From the UHGV virus genome UHGV-0175244: a stretch of 44,935 nucleotides of DNA, one strand, 5' to 3'. This document shows positions 9,363-19,226 of this stretch, piece by piece. The translations under genes were made by a program, and so were the position numbers. This DNA is from a virus. The notes under the pieces are model-generated. The model saw only the letters and a program-made list of their open reading frames with translations, was not told where the DNA came from and did no database searches. The number at the start of each line of letters is the position of its first letter. The first letter of the stretch is position 1.

Positions 9363-10441
9363 CAGAACGGGTCCTCCTGTACTCTGGCTTTTTTCTTTTT
9401 CCGCGCGCCGGGGGCTTCGGGTTCAGGCAGATAAGCATCAGGTGGGCCGACACGGATTTCCGTCAGGGTGCCGTTCTGGTCCTGAGTAAACGTGACTTCC
9501 GAAACAAGCAGTTCGGTATTGTCGAAACCACAGACCGGATCAAAGACAATCACCCGCTGGTTGGGCTGCCACAGCGTACCGTTACCCTGTCGCCAGCCCT
9601 GCACCACATAGGTGGTTTCATCCGTCCGCGCCGCCCGTTGCCGGGCTTCAAAGTCAGCACGCGCAATACAGCCTGCCCCCGTAGCCTGCCCTGTCTGCCT
9701 GATATACATCGGACGGTAACGGGCAATAAATGCGTCCTCTGCGCGGGCCCGCAGCGCGGTGGTGGTGGCCTCACCGAAATCATCGTCGTTTCCGGCACGC
9801 TGCCCCGCCACCTGGTAAACAGAAAATCGCTCCCGGATACTCTTCTCCGTATCGCAGGAAAGGATGTTTTCCCCGAGTACCAGCGCAGTATGTGCCCGCG
9901 TTGAGCCAATACCGCCAATCACCAGCCTGCCGTGCGGGTCGTCGTAAGCCAGTGCCTGCTGCTGACCGAGTATTTTGTTGATTACCTCAATCACCGTTTC
10001 ACCGTGATCAGGCTGAACATCAGGAATAACACCCGACGGCGCACCGCTGTTCACCACCTCAATGCCGAAAGGCGCAGCAAGCGCCTGCGCAATCTGTACC
10101 AGCGATCGTCCGTTAAACTGTGTCGGTTCGGCTGCACAGTCAATCAGGTCAGCGGTCAGACTGCGTCCGGCAATACCGGTGCTGACCGAACGGGCATCGT
10201 AACGAACGGGCGTCGCCTCCACCCAGCCGGTGATCACCAGCTCATCACCAATCAGCACCTCCACTTTTGAACCGTTTTTAATGCGCGGCTGAAGCGTGGT
10301 AATACCCTCATCTCCCGGCCACTGGCGGGTGATCTCCACACTGAAATCCCGCGCCAGCCGTTCAATACCGGCACCGATGCGCACCGATGTCCAGCCATTC
10401 CACTCCCGGCCATTTACCCGTAGCGTGACATTGTCGTTCAT
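9362..10441 (-). CDS. Mu P (gp44)/P2 gpD-like baseplate hub protein
   Basis: 359 aa (MNDNVTLRVNGREWNGWTSVRI...), positioned between the DNA-circularisation protein and gpV. Confidence 0.7.
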   Translation of the reverse strand: MNDNVTLRVNGREWNGWTSVRIGAGIERLARDFSVEITRQWPGDEGITTLQPRIKNGSKVEVLIGDELVITGWVEATPVRYDARSVSTGIAGRSLTADLIDCAAEPTQFNGRSLVQIAQALAAPFGIEVVNSGAPSGVIPDVQPDHGETVIEVINKILGQQQALAYDDPHGRLVIGGIGSTRAHTALVLGENILSCDTEKSIRERFSVYQVAGQRAGNDDDFGEATTTALRARAEDAFIARYRPMYIRQTGQATGAGCIARADFEARQRAARTDETTYVVQGWRQGNGTLWQPNQRVIVFDPVCGFDNTELLVSEVTFTQDQNGTLTEIRVGPPDAYLPEPEAPGARKKKKARVQEDPF

Positions 10442-11766
10442 TGCACTGGCACCTTCAGAGGGATCACCGGCACAAAGCCGGGATGCGTAATGGCATTACG
10501 CCGGATAATGTCCGCGTCACGCGCCGCGTTATCAAACCAGGTCGCCGCCAGCACCAGCGCGGGTAAAACCTCATCCGGTGTGCGCTGAATGATCCGTGCA
10601 GACTGTTCAAGGCGCGTGTTGATATCCGCATTCAGATCTGCTTTCACCCGGCGCAGCGCCAGAAACAGCGCATCACTGGTTGTACGGGACAACTCCTTAT
10701 CAATTGCCGTATTCAGTGTGTCGCGAATGTCAGTCAGTTCTTCCCACGTCGGCAGGTCAACCGTGTTTTTCACCGCCGGTGCATTGTTCAGTGCCGGATG
10801 CGTGACGGAAGGCCAGCCGGTGCTCTGCGCAGGTGTTGTTGCCTGCCCCACTGCGGAATTCAGCATCACCGCGGAAGTTGTTGGCGCAGGCAATCGGGTG
10901 ACGGCATACGCCGCTTCACTGATTGCGGTCGTACGAAGGGTGCTGGCAACCACATTACGCTGCTGCGTAGCCGTGGCGGTGGTTTTACTGTCCGTTTTCC
11001 AGACGCCGCGCGGTTGCAGATCGCTGCCGAGGCTGACACCGGAAAGCGTTTTGATCATGGTGACCAGGTCGCTGGCGTTACCATAAAGGCGTTTCCCGGT
11101 ACGCCACATTTTCTGCACCTGCTCAACGAAATTTTTGCCTGACGATGGCGGCGGCAGAAGTACCGAGATATCCCCCTGCAACAGCCTGGCAGCATCCGAT
11201 ACGGCAGAATCCACCACTTTCATCGCATCAGAAACATACCCCAGCATTATGCTGGCATTACCGATAACGTCGTTCTGCACGAAATCCGCCACACCATCGA
11301 TACTGAAACCGCTGAAGCTGTCACTGATGCAGTCATCCAGTGCAGAACAGGATGACATCAGCGTCTGCGCCGTCGCCGCACCTGAAGTGGGGTAAGAGAG
11401 TTCTCCCGCTTCGACAAACTTCAGGTCAAAGCGGACAATACGCCCTTCACTCTTCGATGTGCTGACCCGAACTTCCCCGTCAACACAGACTTTCAGCTCA
11501 CCGTAAGTCGGATGGACAAGCGTGCCGGGACCGGGTTTATTCAGCGCGTCAATCAGGCGATCGCGCTGGTCAAAGCAGTCATCTCCCACCACATAAGCTG
11601 TGATGGACGGGCGGAAAGTGATTTTCCCCAGGTCTTCGGTATAGGGTTTGTCGCGGTTCGGGTATTCGTGTGTTTCCACACGACGGCCGGTTCCCGCACT
11701 TTCTTCTTCAACCTTAAACGGCACACCGCGAAATGACGCGTCCTGAAGTCTGTCTTTCCACGTCAT
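10438..11766 (-). CDS. DNA circularisation protein N (Mu gp43-like)
   Basis: MTWKDRLQDASFRGVPFKVEEESAGTGRRVETHEYPNRDKPYTEDLG is the DNA_circ_N motif. GGAG SD before the ATG at 11766; the longer 11808 start lacks an SD. Confidence 0.8.
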   Translation of the reverse strand: MTWKDRLQDASFRGVPFKVEEESAGTGRRVETHEYPNRDKPYTEDLGKITFRPSITAYVVGDDCFDQRDRLIDALNKPGPGTLVHPTYGELKVCVDGEVRVSTSKSEGRIVRFDLKFVEAGELSYPTSGAATAQTLMSSCSALDDCISDSFSGFSIDGVADFVQNDVIGNASIMLGYVSDAMKVVDSAVSDAARLLQGDISVLLPPPSSGKNFVEQVQKMWRTGKRLYGNASDLVTMIKTLSGVSLGSDLQPRGVWKTDSKTTATATQQRNVVASTLRTTAISEAAYAVTRLPAPTTSAVMLNSAVGQATTPAQSTGWPSVTHPALNNAPAVKNTVDLPTWEELTDIRDTLNTAIDKELSRTTSDALFLALRRVKADLNADINTRLEQSARIIQRTPDEVLPALVLAATWFDNAARDADIIRRNAITHPGFVPVIPLKVPVQ

Positions 11767-11826
11767 ATAAACTCCGTACATAAAAAATCCCACCGGAGTG
11801 GGACTCATTAACAGATTAATTTTTCA

Positions 11827-13662
11827 TTACCTGCCAAAGCGCGTATAGCCAACATCATGGCTGACATCAAAACCGCTGGATCGCGTTTCCATAACCCGCA
11901 TCCCCGGAGGCAAATTCACAAAAGAGACCTTGATCTCACCATCAACTTTTGGCGCAGAAGCTTTGTTAATCATGAAGGGATTCGAGCCTGTGGCATCGGA
12001 GGCGTTGTTTGACTGAGCCGGATCCACCGCCGGATAAGGTGTGTATCCCCGCGCCGGTATTCCCGTCCCATAAGCATCATAAGCACCCGCGCCCCACTGC
12101 GCAGAGTTAATGGCATCGACCGTGTCACCGGAACTGTCGGTAAACCACTCAATAATTGGCTTCAGCTTGTCCCACATATCCTGAAACCACTTAACAACCG
12201 GCCCCCAGTTATTGATCACCATCCCCAGCGGCGACCAGGCAAAAACTTTCTTAAGGAGTTCCCAGCCGGCCTCAAAATAAGGACCAATGGTTTCCCAGAG
12301 TTTCTTAAAATAAGGTCCGACAACATCCCAGTTAGTGATAATTAATCCCGCAGCCAGGGCTATCGCCGTCGCAATCATGCCAATCGGCGTCATCGACATG
12401 ATCCTGCTGACAATACTGATGGCACCGCCAACGCCCATCAATCCCAGTTTCAGAATCGCAAGACCGGCAGCAAGCCCGACGACGCCGCGAATAACCCGGG
12501 GATTTTCATCCGCAAACTTCGTGAATTTTTCCCCCAACTCCCCCAGCCATTGCGTGATATTTTTAGCGTCACCAGAAAATGCGCCGCCAATAGCTGCAAG
12601 ACCGTTAGTTGCGGTCCCCGTCATTGCCTCCCACAGGTTGGACAGCGTACCAAGCTGAGCCTGAACACGTTTATTCAGGCTGGCCTGTTTATTCATCTTC
12701 TGCTGGGTCTGATCGTAGCCATCCTTTCCTTTATCGATTAGTGCATTGACCACCTGAAGGGTTTCGGCATCATCACCAAATATTGCCTTAAGTACACCAG
12801 TTCGTTTAACGTCGGTCAGTTTTCGCAGCTTTGCCAGTTGCCTGAACATGTTATCAAGACCGCCAAAACTCCCTTTGCCGTCAGTAAAATCGAGCTGTAC
12901 CCCGAGTTTCTGGCGGGCCATGATTTTATTGACGTCCCTGATTTTCTTAACGCTTAATCCGGACTGGATAACTTTTCGCAGGGCGTTACCTGCCGACTCC
13001 CCGTTCATCCCCATCTGATCCATCATGACGCTGATGGGGGCAAGGCTCTGTGCAGCCTGAAGACCGTCCTTGTTCACCATCTTCAGAACAGAGCTGGTTT
13101 TAGTGAAGAAGGACAACATGTTGGTATCGTCAACGCCCAGATAAAACGCCTTCTGGATAGTGTCGAACAGCCCCATCATGTCTTCTGACGCCGTTCCGGT
13201 AGCATCCTGCATCTTTGCAGCAAACTCAGCAGCCGCTTCCGGTGTTTTTTTCAGTTGTACCGCAAGATAAGCTGTCGCTTTACCCACACCGCCAAGAATG
13301 TTTTCTGCCGGGATCCCCTGACGCACCAGCATCTGCATCATGTTCTGGAAATCAGCCGTTGTACCGGGTAGCTGGTTACCCAGACCAATAGCCAGTTTAT
13401 TGATGTCCTGAAAGCTCTTTCCGACCTCACCGTTCGCATCCATCATGGCAACTTTCAGCCCGGTGGCGGCGTTTTCCTGATCGGCATAAGATTTCAGGGA
13501 AAGCGTCAGACCCGCAGCCAGTCCGCCACCAAGCGCCAGCCCACCCTGTGACGCTTCTTCCGCCTGGCGTTTAAATCCCCGGATTTTCTTTTGCATTTTC
13601 GACAGCGCGGGAGAAAGCCTGTCGACACCGGTGATCAACGCCTTAAGCTCAAATTCAGCCAT
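11827..13662 (-). CDS. Tail tape measure protein
   Basis: 611 aa, Gly/Ala-rich with a hydrophobic central segment. It lies downstream of the chaperone pair. Confidence 0.85.
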   Translation of the reverse strand: MAEFELKALITGVDRLSPALSKMQKKIRGFKRQAEEASQGGLALGGGLAAGLTLSLKSYADQENAATGLKVAMMDANGEVGKSFQDINKLAIGLGNQLPGTTADFQNMMQMLVRQGIPAENILGGVGKATAYLAVQLKKTPEAAAEFAAKMQDATGTASEDMMGLFDTIQKAFYLGVDDTNMLSFFTKTSSVLKMVNKDGLQAAQSLAPISVMMDQMGMNGESAGNALRKVIQSGLSVKKIRDVNKIMARQKLGVQLDFTDGKGSFGGLDNMFRQLAKLRKLTDVKRTGVLKAIFGDDAETLQVVNALIDKGKDGYDQTQQKMNKQASLNKRVQAQLGTLSNLWEAMTGTATNGLAAIGGAFSGDAKNITQWLGELGEKFTKFADENPRVIRGVVGLAAGLAILKLGLMGVGGAISIVSRIMSMTPIGMIATAIALAAGLIITNWDVVGPYFKKLWETIGPYFEAGWELLKKVFAWSPLGMVINNWGPVVKWFQDMWDKLKPIIEWFTDSSGDTVDAINSAQWGAGAYDAYGTGIPARGYTPYPAVDPAQSNNASDATGSNPFMINKASAPKVDGEIKVSFVNLPPGMRVMETRSSGFDVSHDVGYTRFGR

Positions 13663-13837
13663 GTGTGCGTTTCTCCTGCTCTATCCTGTTTGCCTGACTG
13701 ACCAGCAAGGGAATTTCACTGATCGGCATATTCAGCAATTCGAAGGGATTAATGCGCCAGTAGCTGGCGCAGTCAAAGAAGCGATCAGTGAGGTATTCAG
13801 CCGTCAGGCCTGGAGGAAAAAACCGGCCACAAGCCAC
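13655..13837 (-). CDS. -1 frame extension of tail assembly chaperone (long form made by programmed frameshift; joined product 14073..13655)
   Basis: The ORF is open in the -1 frame across the U UUU UUC site and has no SD or ATG of its own. This arrangement is conserved in tailed phages (G/GT-type). Confidence 0.65.
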   Translation of the reverse strand: MACGRFFPPGLTAEYLTDRFFDCASYWRINPFELLNMPISEIPLLVSQANRIEQEKRTHG

Positions 13838-14073
13838 GCCGCTGCATTCAGGTCTGCCGGAGACATCTGGTCGACAGAGCTTTGCGGCACTTTCGCCAGC
13901 CGCACAATGTATTTCGACACCACATGCGCCAGAAGTCTGACGGACTCATCCTGATTCATCTGGTAGGGATACCCCAGCTCGCGGACATCTTTCCCGGTGG
14001 GCTCATCAAACTCCAGTACGGAGAGTGTCTCGCCATGAGCGGTAATCGGTTTCTTTAACTCAAGCTCTTTCAT
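13804..14073 (-). CDS. Tail assembly chaperone (short form)
   Basis: 89-aa ORF between the tube and tape measure genes. It ends just after the slippery heptamer. Confidence 0.75.
   Translation of the reverse strand: MKELELKKPITAHGETLSVLEFDEPTGKDVRELGYPYQMNQDESVRLLAHVVSKYIVRLAKVPQSSVDQMSPADLNAAAWLVAGFFLQA
13816..13822 (-). other. Slippery heptamer U UUU UUC (programmed -1 ribosomal frameshift site)
   Basis: The mRNA reads GCC GGU UUU UUC CUC CAG GCC UGA. A shift to -1 gives ...GFF PPGLTAEY... Confidence 0.65.
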
Positions 14074-14429
14074 TACTGGTAATCCCCTTCTTCACCGTGG
14101 AATTCAAGATCGACCGTGCCTTCTTCGGCATTATGGTTCGCTTCGCCGTGCAGCCAGGCAGACGACAGTACATAGACCTGACCGTTCGCCAGCTCGGCAG
14201 TGATGGTCATCTCATCAGACGAGGTGATTTTGTTCACCGGAAAATTCTTCGGCACCTTGAAGGTCCCTTTGACATAAGGCGCACGGTGAGTTTCCTTGCG
14301 GTCCACTGAACCGTCCAGGCCGATGATGTCATCATTGACCGTCCTGTTCATGGGCACCTCAATGCCGCCGGTCAGCGATAGCTGCTGACCGTCAATTTTG
14401 AAATAACAGGTTCCCCCGATACGGGCCAT
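14073..14429 (-). CDS. Tail tube protein (Mu gp40-like)
   Basis: 118 aa, directly downstream of the sheath gene. Confidence 0.8.
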   Translation of the reverse strand: MARIGGTCYFKIDGQQLSLTGGIEVPMNRTVNDDIIGLDGSVDRKETHRAPYVKGTFKVPKNFPVNKITSSDEMTITAELANGQVYVLSSAWLHGEANHNAEEGTVDLEFHGEEGDYQ

Positions 14430-15925
14430 TATGCGGACTCCTCTGAATACTGAAGACGGAACTGGTTAACCACGGCAAAGACACGCAACTGGTTAACATA
14501 GTCAGGCGGGAACAGCGTGTTCAGGCGGTTCGGATCGCTGGCATCACGCTCCACAACCAGGTACTGCTTAAACAGTTCGTAGTTTTCCACGATCCCCGCA
14601 CGCTCAAGCTGACGGTAGGTTGCCAGCAGTTCCCCTTTGATCACCGCCGGGGTGACAATCGCCTGACCGGGACCAAAGCGGGTACCGTCACTGGCAAGCT
14701 TGTGACGCCCGTACTTACTGGTAATGACGGATTTCAGTTTGCGCAGTACATAGGCACTGGTATGCAGCGTCTCGCTGTCGAGGTAGCTGTTATCCGCAAC
14801 CCCGTAAGCGTTTTTCCTGTACGTGGTGACATCACGCTGAATGCGCAGCACCCCGCTTTCGACATATGCCGTTGCCACGCCATGAGACAGCAGGGTCTGT
14901 TGTTCGGTCATCGTGAACCGTTTCCCCTTCGGCGCAGGCAGCATACCCACCAGCTCACCGGTCTGCGTGGGACGTGCCGGATCGTTGCGAATAAACACCG
15001 CTGCGCGGGCGGTACGGCTTGCCGCCAGCTCATCGGCAGGCGTCTGGGTCTCTTTTTCGTACCCCGCCAGGGTAATGTGCTGCTGGTTAAACTGGTCACC
15101 TGCGGTCACCAGCTCTGACAGCGTGCCGATCTTTGCCGTATACACATGACCATACAGCTGACGCGCATAGCTCCAGCGACCGCTGGTATCGTTCATCTCG
15201 GTCACCAGCGTGTTAACGGAGGCCGTGTCGTTGAACGGCAGGCCGATATAATCAAACGGCTCATCCGCCATTGCAGCCACCGCGCCGGTGAGAACCGGAG
15301 CACCCGTTCCGGCGGTACCCGTCGCCACGGCAATCTGTACGCCCGCTGGCAGCACTTCGCCCCCACCGAAGCCGTAGTAATTGAGGCTGACAGGAATTTC
15401 ATTCCCGCAAAGCCCCTTATGACGCGCGGTCAGCGTGACCACACCAGCCGAAGATGAAGCTGTAAACGGCAGAGTCGGAACGGCATTGATGGCATCCTGG
15501 ATACTGCTGGCAATCGTCGTGACGTTATCGCCGTTGGTCACCGGAGCCTGCACGCGGGTACGTCCCACATAGACATTCACCGTGCCGCTTTCGGTTGCTT
15601 CCCCGGTCACCGTCAGCGTAACCGTTGCCGCCGCGCCTGTGGCTTCCGGAACGGCAATCACATACAGCTCACCAAACGGGTCGGTCTGGCGATAAGCCTC
15701 GACCATACGCGCCAGCTGACTTCCCGCACCACAAATCTGGCGTGCATAGTCTGCCGACGGCATTAGCACCAGACTGTTGGCAACAATCTCTGCACCGTTA
15801 TTGGCATGACCAATCAGCAGCGATGCCCCGCTGCTCTGTGCAGTATTCGCAGCCTGGTTATCCATTTCCGCATAAAACAGCGGAACCAGCGTATTCGACG
15901 GAATGGTGTTAAAGCTTGTCGTCAT
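14429..15925 (-). CDS. Contractile tail sheath protein (Mu L/gp39-like)
   Basis: 498 aa, in sheath-tube-chaperone-TMP order. Confidence 0.85.
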   Translation of the reverse strand: MTTSFNTIPSNTLVPLFYAEMDNQAANTAQSSGASLLIGHANNGAEIVANSLVLMPSADYARQICGAGSQLARMVEAYRQTDPFGELYVIAVPEATGAAATVTLTVTGEATESGTVNVYVGRTRVQAPVTNGDNVTTIASSIQDAINAVPTLPFTASSSAGVVTLTARHKGLCGNEIPVSLNYYGFGGGEVLPAGVQIAVATGTAGTGAPVLTGAVAAMADEPFDYIGLPFNDTASVNTLVTEMNDTSGRWSYARQLYGHVYTAKIGTLSELVTAGDQFNQQHITLAGYEKETQTPADELAASRTARAAVFIRNDPARPTQTGELVGMLPAPKGKRFTMTEQQTLLSHGVATAYVESGVLRIQRDVTTYRKNAYGVADNSYLDSETLHTSAYVLRKLKSVITSKYGRHKLASDGTRFGPGQAIVTPAVIKGELLATYRQLERAGIVENYELFKQYLVVERDASDPNRLNTLFPPDYVNQLRVFAVVNQFRLQYSEESA

Positions 15926-16079
15926 CGGTGTTCACCTTTTTATTCACGCGCCGGATATCACCCGCTGCTTCACGGCGCAGCCAGTAGTTGTTCTCGTCAA
16001 CATTTCGCCCTTCGGCGGGCAAAAGGTCGCCGCGGGCAGGGTCAGGCACTGACCGCCCTTTAACAGGTTTGACAAACAT
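15909..16079 (-). CDS. Small DUF2635-like protein (Mu gp38 position), 56 aa
   Basis: Not in the ORF track because it is under 60 aa. MFVKPVKGRSVPDPARGDLLPAEGRNVDENNYWLRREAAGDI... overlaps the sheath start. Confidence 0.55.
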   Translation of the reverse strand: MFVKPVKGRSVPDPARGDLLPAEGRNVDENNYWLRREAAGDIRRVNKKVNTDDDKL

Positions 16080-16087
16080 GAGGATCC

Positions 16088-16648
16088 TCAGGAAGGAAGG
16101 GTTATTTCGGTGTGATGTTCGATATCGCCGTCAGGCCCGTTACCGGGATCGAGATAATCGACATCAATCGCCAGCGTTTGCAGTTCATCCAGACTGTTCA
16201 GATCATCCTGCTGGCGGGTATCGTCTTCAGTCAGCTCGCTGATGACCGAAAAATCGAACTGATAAATCAGCTCATGACGATTCAGATCCAGCAGCGTGCC
16301 GCCGTCATAGGTAATCGGGTTACCGCACGCTTCCGGGTTCCAGCCCAGCAGGGCCTTAAAGAGCATCTGCCGGACATCGTCCACCACATCATACGAGGCA
16401 AACTGACCGCGCTCATCACGCCCGTTACTCAGTATGACAACCACGGAGAAGCCCTCTTTCAGCTCCTGCCAGTAGTCGGTCTGGCTTTTGTTTTCTCCCG
16501 GAGAGTCATCACCCGGTACCACATACGCCGCCGGGAGTCTCAGCTTTCCGACCTCCGGCAGATTTTTGAACTGTGCCGCGCCTGCCACCCGGTTTTCAAA
16601 ATACGGGCAGCGGGCACGCAGCGCAGCAATAACAGGCGTCAGTTTCAT
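16088..16648 (-). CDS. Mu gp37-like tail/neck protein
   Basis: 186 aa, positioned between the head-completion genes and the sheath. Confidence 0.6.
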   Translation of the reverse strand: MKLTPVIAALRARCPYFENRVAGAAQFKNLPEVGKLRLPAAYVVPGDDSPGENKSQTDYWQELKEGFSVVVILSNGRDERGQFASYDVVDDVRQMLFKALLGWNPEACGNPITYDGGTLLDLNRHELIYQFDFSVISELTEDDTRQQDDLNSLDELQTLAIDVDYLDPGNGPDGDIEHHTEITLPS

Positions 16649-17151
16649 CTGTGTCGTCGCTCCGGCTTCAGTGATTTACGCAATTCCCGCGCCAGAAAAT
16701 AGCGTGTCCAGCTGCGGTTCTTTTCAAGAGTTTCCACCATGAAGTTATTACGTGGAGCCAGTCGCCAGCCGCTGCCACCGGATGCACCACGATGATGACT
16801 ACGACGACGTTTTGCTCCTCCCCGGACACCAAAAAACAGAAACGCCGGATAGAAGTCACCAGAGATCATCCGGTTCCCCTTCCCGTTGCGCTGGTTAGGG
16901 GCAATGCGTGTCATAAAACCGGCTCGCTTTTTACTGGCTCTCGGCACCATATAACCAATCGAACGAGCCAGGCGTCCGGTCTGATAACCGGGGTTTTCAC
17001 CCGGTGCCGATCGCGCACGGCGCATCACCAGCCGACGGGCATCACGCATATGACGCTGCCCAATCGTGACAAACGCCCGCCGGACACGGGCGCGGTTAAA
17101 GCGCATCTCGGCGGGCTGCTGAACATCAACGTGAAAAAAGGGAGTCGCCAT
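16645..17151 (-). CDS. HK97 gp10-like tail/neck completion protein
   Basis: 168-aa basic protein, in head-tail joining gene order. Confidence 0.6.
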   Translation of the reverse strand: MATPFFHVDVQQPAEMRFNRARVRRAFVTIGQRHMRDARRLVMRRARSAPGENPGYQTGRLARSIGYMVPRASKKRAGFMTRIAPNQRNGKGNRMISGDFYPAFLFFGVRGGAKRRRSHHRGASGGSGWRLAPRNNFMVETLEKNRSWTRYFLARELRKSLKPERRHR

Positions 17152-17536
17152 TGCTGCCTCCGTGACTCTGCCTACATTCGCCCAGCTCCGTACACTCCAG
17201 CAGCAGAAAGCGCCGCGCCCCGTTCAGATCACGCTGACGTTTCACCCGGTACACACTGTCACCGCAGACCACCTCATAATCAGCGGTGATCCCCCGGCGG
17301 TAACGAATGGTGATGTAATGGGTGATGGCGTCCCCGGTCTGCGCGGTTTCCTGCCAGGTGGTGGCACTGGTCTGGACAACCTTCGCCCATGCCCGGAACG
17401 CAACCGGGTATTGAGGCTCCACGCCAAAGTTATCCGCGGGCATATCCACCCGCTGGCGGATCAGGACGCGTTTATTCAGTTCGCCGGGGTCCGGCAGAAT
17501 GTAGGTTGCGCTGGTCTGCGCCTGACGAATTTTCAT
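17126..17536 (-). CDS. Head-tail adaptor / head closure protein
   Basis: 136 aa (…ITIRYRRGITADYEVVCGDSVYRV…), typical of the head-closure family. Confidence 0.7.
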   Translation of the reverse strand: MKIRQAQTSATYILPDPGELNKRVLIRQRVDMPADNFGVEPQYPVAFRAWAKVVQTSATTWQETAQTGDAITHYITIRYRRGITADYEVVCGDSVYRVKRQRDLNGARRFLLLECTELGECRQSHGGSNGDSLFSR

Positions 17537-17856
17537 TGCGGAAAGTACCTGTACGGGCCGACAAGCCAGCCAAAACTCTGCGGCATGTCGAGTTTCTCCA
17601 CTTCCGTAACCGACGAGCGGTTTTCGTAAAAATGGCTGATAAGCATCAGCATCCCCAGACGAATATCATCCGGCAGGTGCAGCCCGTCCGGATCGCTGTC
17701 CGGAATGGTTTCATCCGGTGCATAGAGCTTCCGGTTCAGATACGTTTCCGTCCGCTTTTGTGCCGCACATGCCAGCAGTTGCAGATGGCGGTCATCAGTA
17801 TCGAAATCCTCATCCAGCCGGAGTTGGGCTTTAATCTCTTCCATTGTCAGAAGCAT
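17533..17856 (-). CDS. gp6-like head-tail connector protein
   Basis: 107 aa (EEIKAQLRLDEDFDTDDRHLQLL...), the typical connector N-terminal motif. Confidence 0.7.
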   Translation of the reverse strand: MLLTMEEIKAQLRLDEDFDTDDRHLQLLACAAQKRTETYLNRKLYAPDETIPDSDPDGLHLPDDIRLGMLMLISHFYENRSSVTEVEKLDMPQSFGWLVGPYRYFPQ

Positions 17857-17858
17857 AC

Positions 17859-18059
17859 TCAGCCCTCTTTACTGGTCGTGGCTTTTTTCTCTTTTGCCGC
17901 TTTACTGCTTTTTGCACTGATTCCGCGCTCTGCTAACCCGGCCTGAAGTGCAATCTCCTGCACCCGGGCAGGAAGCGCCCCGTCGTCATACTCACCGGCC
18001 TGAATGACCTCAACACGCATACCGTCCGGTGACCATTTCAGATCTTGTTTCAGGATCAT
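17859..18059 (-). CDS. Small hypothetical head-module protein (66 aa)
   Basis: ORF between the capsid and connector genes, with a Lys-rich tail. Confidence 0.5.
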   Translation of the reverse strand: MILKQDLKWSPDGMRVEVIQAGEYDDGALPARVQEIALQAGLAERGISAKSSKAAKEKKATTSKEG

Positions 18060-18078
18060 GATTCTTCACCCATCAGAA

Positions 18079-18102
18079 CAGGGGCGCAGTTCAGCGCCCC
18101 TG
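18079..18102 (-). terminator. Strong stem-loop just downstream of the capsid gene
   Basis: CAGGGGCGC-agttca-GCGCCCCTG, a perfect 9-bp stem. No long U tract follows, so it is more likely a stabiliser or partial terminator. Confidence 0.45.
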
Positions 18103-18107
18103 AGTGA

Positions 18108-19226
18108 TTACGCCGCAGCAATCTTCAGCAGTTTGATGGCCTGCGAATCGACCAGCATGCCGCCGGTGCGCTTGGTGGTATAAAAACCGACAAACGGTTT
18201 ATTGGTGTACGGATCGCGCAAAATGCGGGTACCGATACGGTCAACGATGGTGTAACCCCGTTTGAAGTTACCAAATGCAATGGCTTTCGCATCCGCGGCG
18301 ATATCCGGCATCTGCTCGTTTTCAGCGATACCGTAACCCGCCAGAGAGGACGGCTGCCCCAGTTCCAGCCCCGGACGCCACAGATAGTTACCCTCGGTGT
18401 CTTTCAGCAGACGAATGGCAAACAGGCTGTTGTTGTTCATCATGAACTTCGCACCGGTGCGATGTGCCTTACGCAGCGTGTAAATCAGTTTGATAATGGC
18501 ATCAGCGGTCACTGCCGTCGCTTCACCGGATACAATATGCTGAAGTTTGCCGAACGCACGTACCTTATCGGTTTCATCCGTGGACTCATACGCCAGGAAC
18601 CCTTTCGGCTTCTTGGTGCCATCACCAGTGGTAAAGGCAATTTCTTCCTGTTCGGCAAATTCGGTTGCCAGCTCGCTGTTGATCCAGGCCTCTACGTTGA
18701 AGAAGGCATCATCCAGCATTTTCTGGGTGGCCTGCGGGTTACCGTAGATTTCCCCCATGAAAGGTTCAATCAGTCCCAGTTTTGAGGTGGCGGTCTGGGA
18801 GCGCGCGTCAGTCTCGCCAACCCATCCGGAAGCCGTGCCGCCCAGATTCACCAGTTTTTTGTAGTCGGAACCGCCAACAGTGATTACCGTGGCTTCCTGG
18901 CGCATCACCACTTCATCTTTCAGCAGGGTGAGAATGTTGCGATCCAGTGCTTCCGGCACGGCATAGCCACCGTCTTCATCGGTGCCCACCTGCAATGCCT
19001 TACGCTCCAGATCGCGCAGACCGTCTTCACGGCCTTTACGCAAAAAGCCCACAAACGCTTCTTTATGCTCGGTGGCCAGTTTATTTTGCGCGCCACCTGC
19101 CGGACGTTTCAGCTCAAGCAGCTCTTTTTCAAGATCGCTTTTGAGATTTTCCAGCTCGCTGAGTTTCCCGTTCAGGGTTTCCACCTGCCCGGCAAGCTTG
19201 CCTTTTTCCTGCTCAATCGCATCCAC
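18108..19226 (-). CDS. HK97-family major capsid protein (main reading frame; 5' end apparently frameshifted, see 19172-19312)
   Basis: 372 aa with a coiled-coil delta-like N-terminus and a conserved capsid core (GGYAVPEALD...WRPGLELGQPSSLAGYGI). The track start is an SD-less GTG. Confidence 0.85.
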   Translation of the reverse strand: MDAIEQEKGKLAGQVETLNGKLSELENLKSDLEKELLELKRPAGGAQNKLATEHKEAFVGFLRKGREDGLRDLERKALQVGTDEDGGYAVPEALDRNILTLLKDEVVMRQEATVITVGGSDYKKLVNLGGTASGWVGETDARSQTATSKLGLIEPFMGEIYGNPQATQKMLDDAFFNVEAWINSELATEFAEQEEIAFTTGDGTKKPKGFLAYESTDETDKVRAFGKLQHIVSGEATAVTADAIIKLIYTLRKAHRTGAKFMMNNNSLFAIRLLKDTEGNYLWRPGLELGQPSSLAGYGIAENEQMPDIAADAKAIAFGNFKRGYTIVDRIGTRILRDPYTNKPFVGFYTTKRTGGMLVDSQAIKLLKIAAA

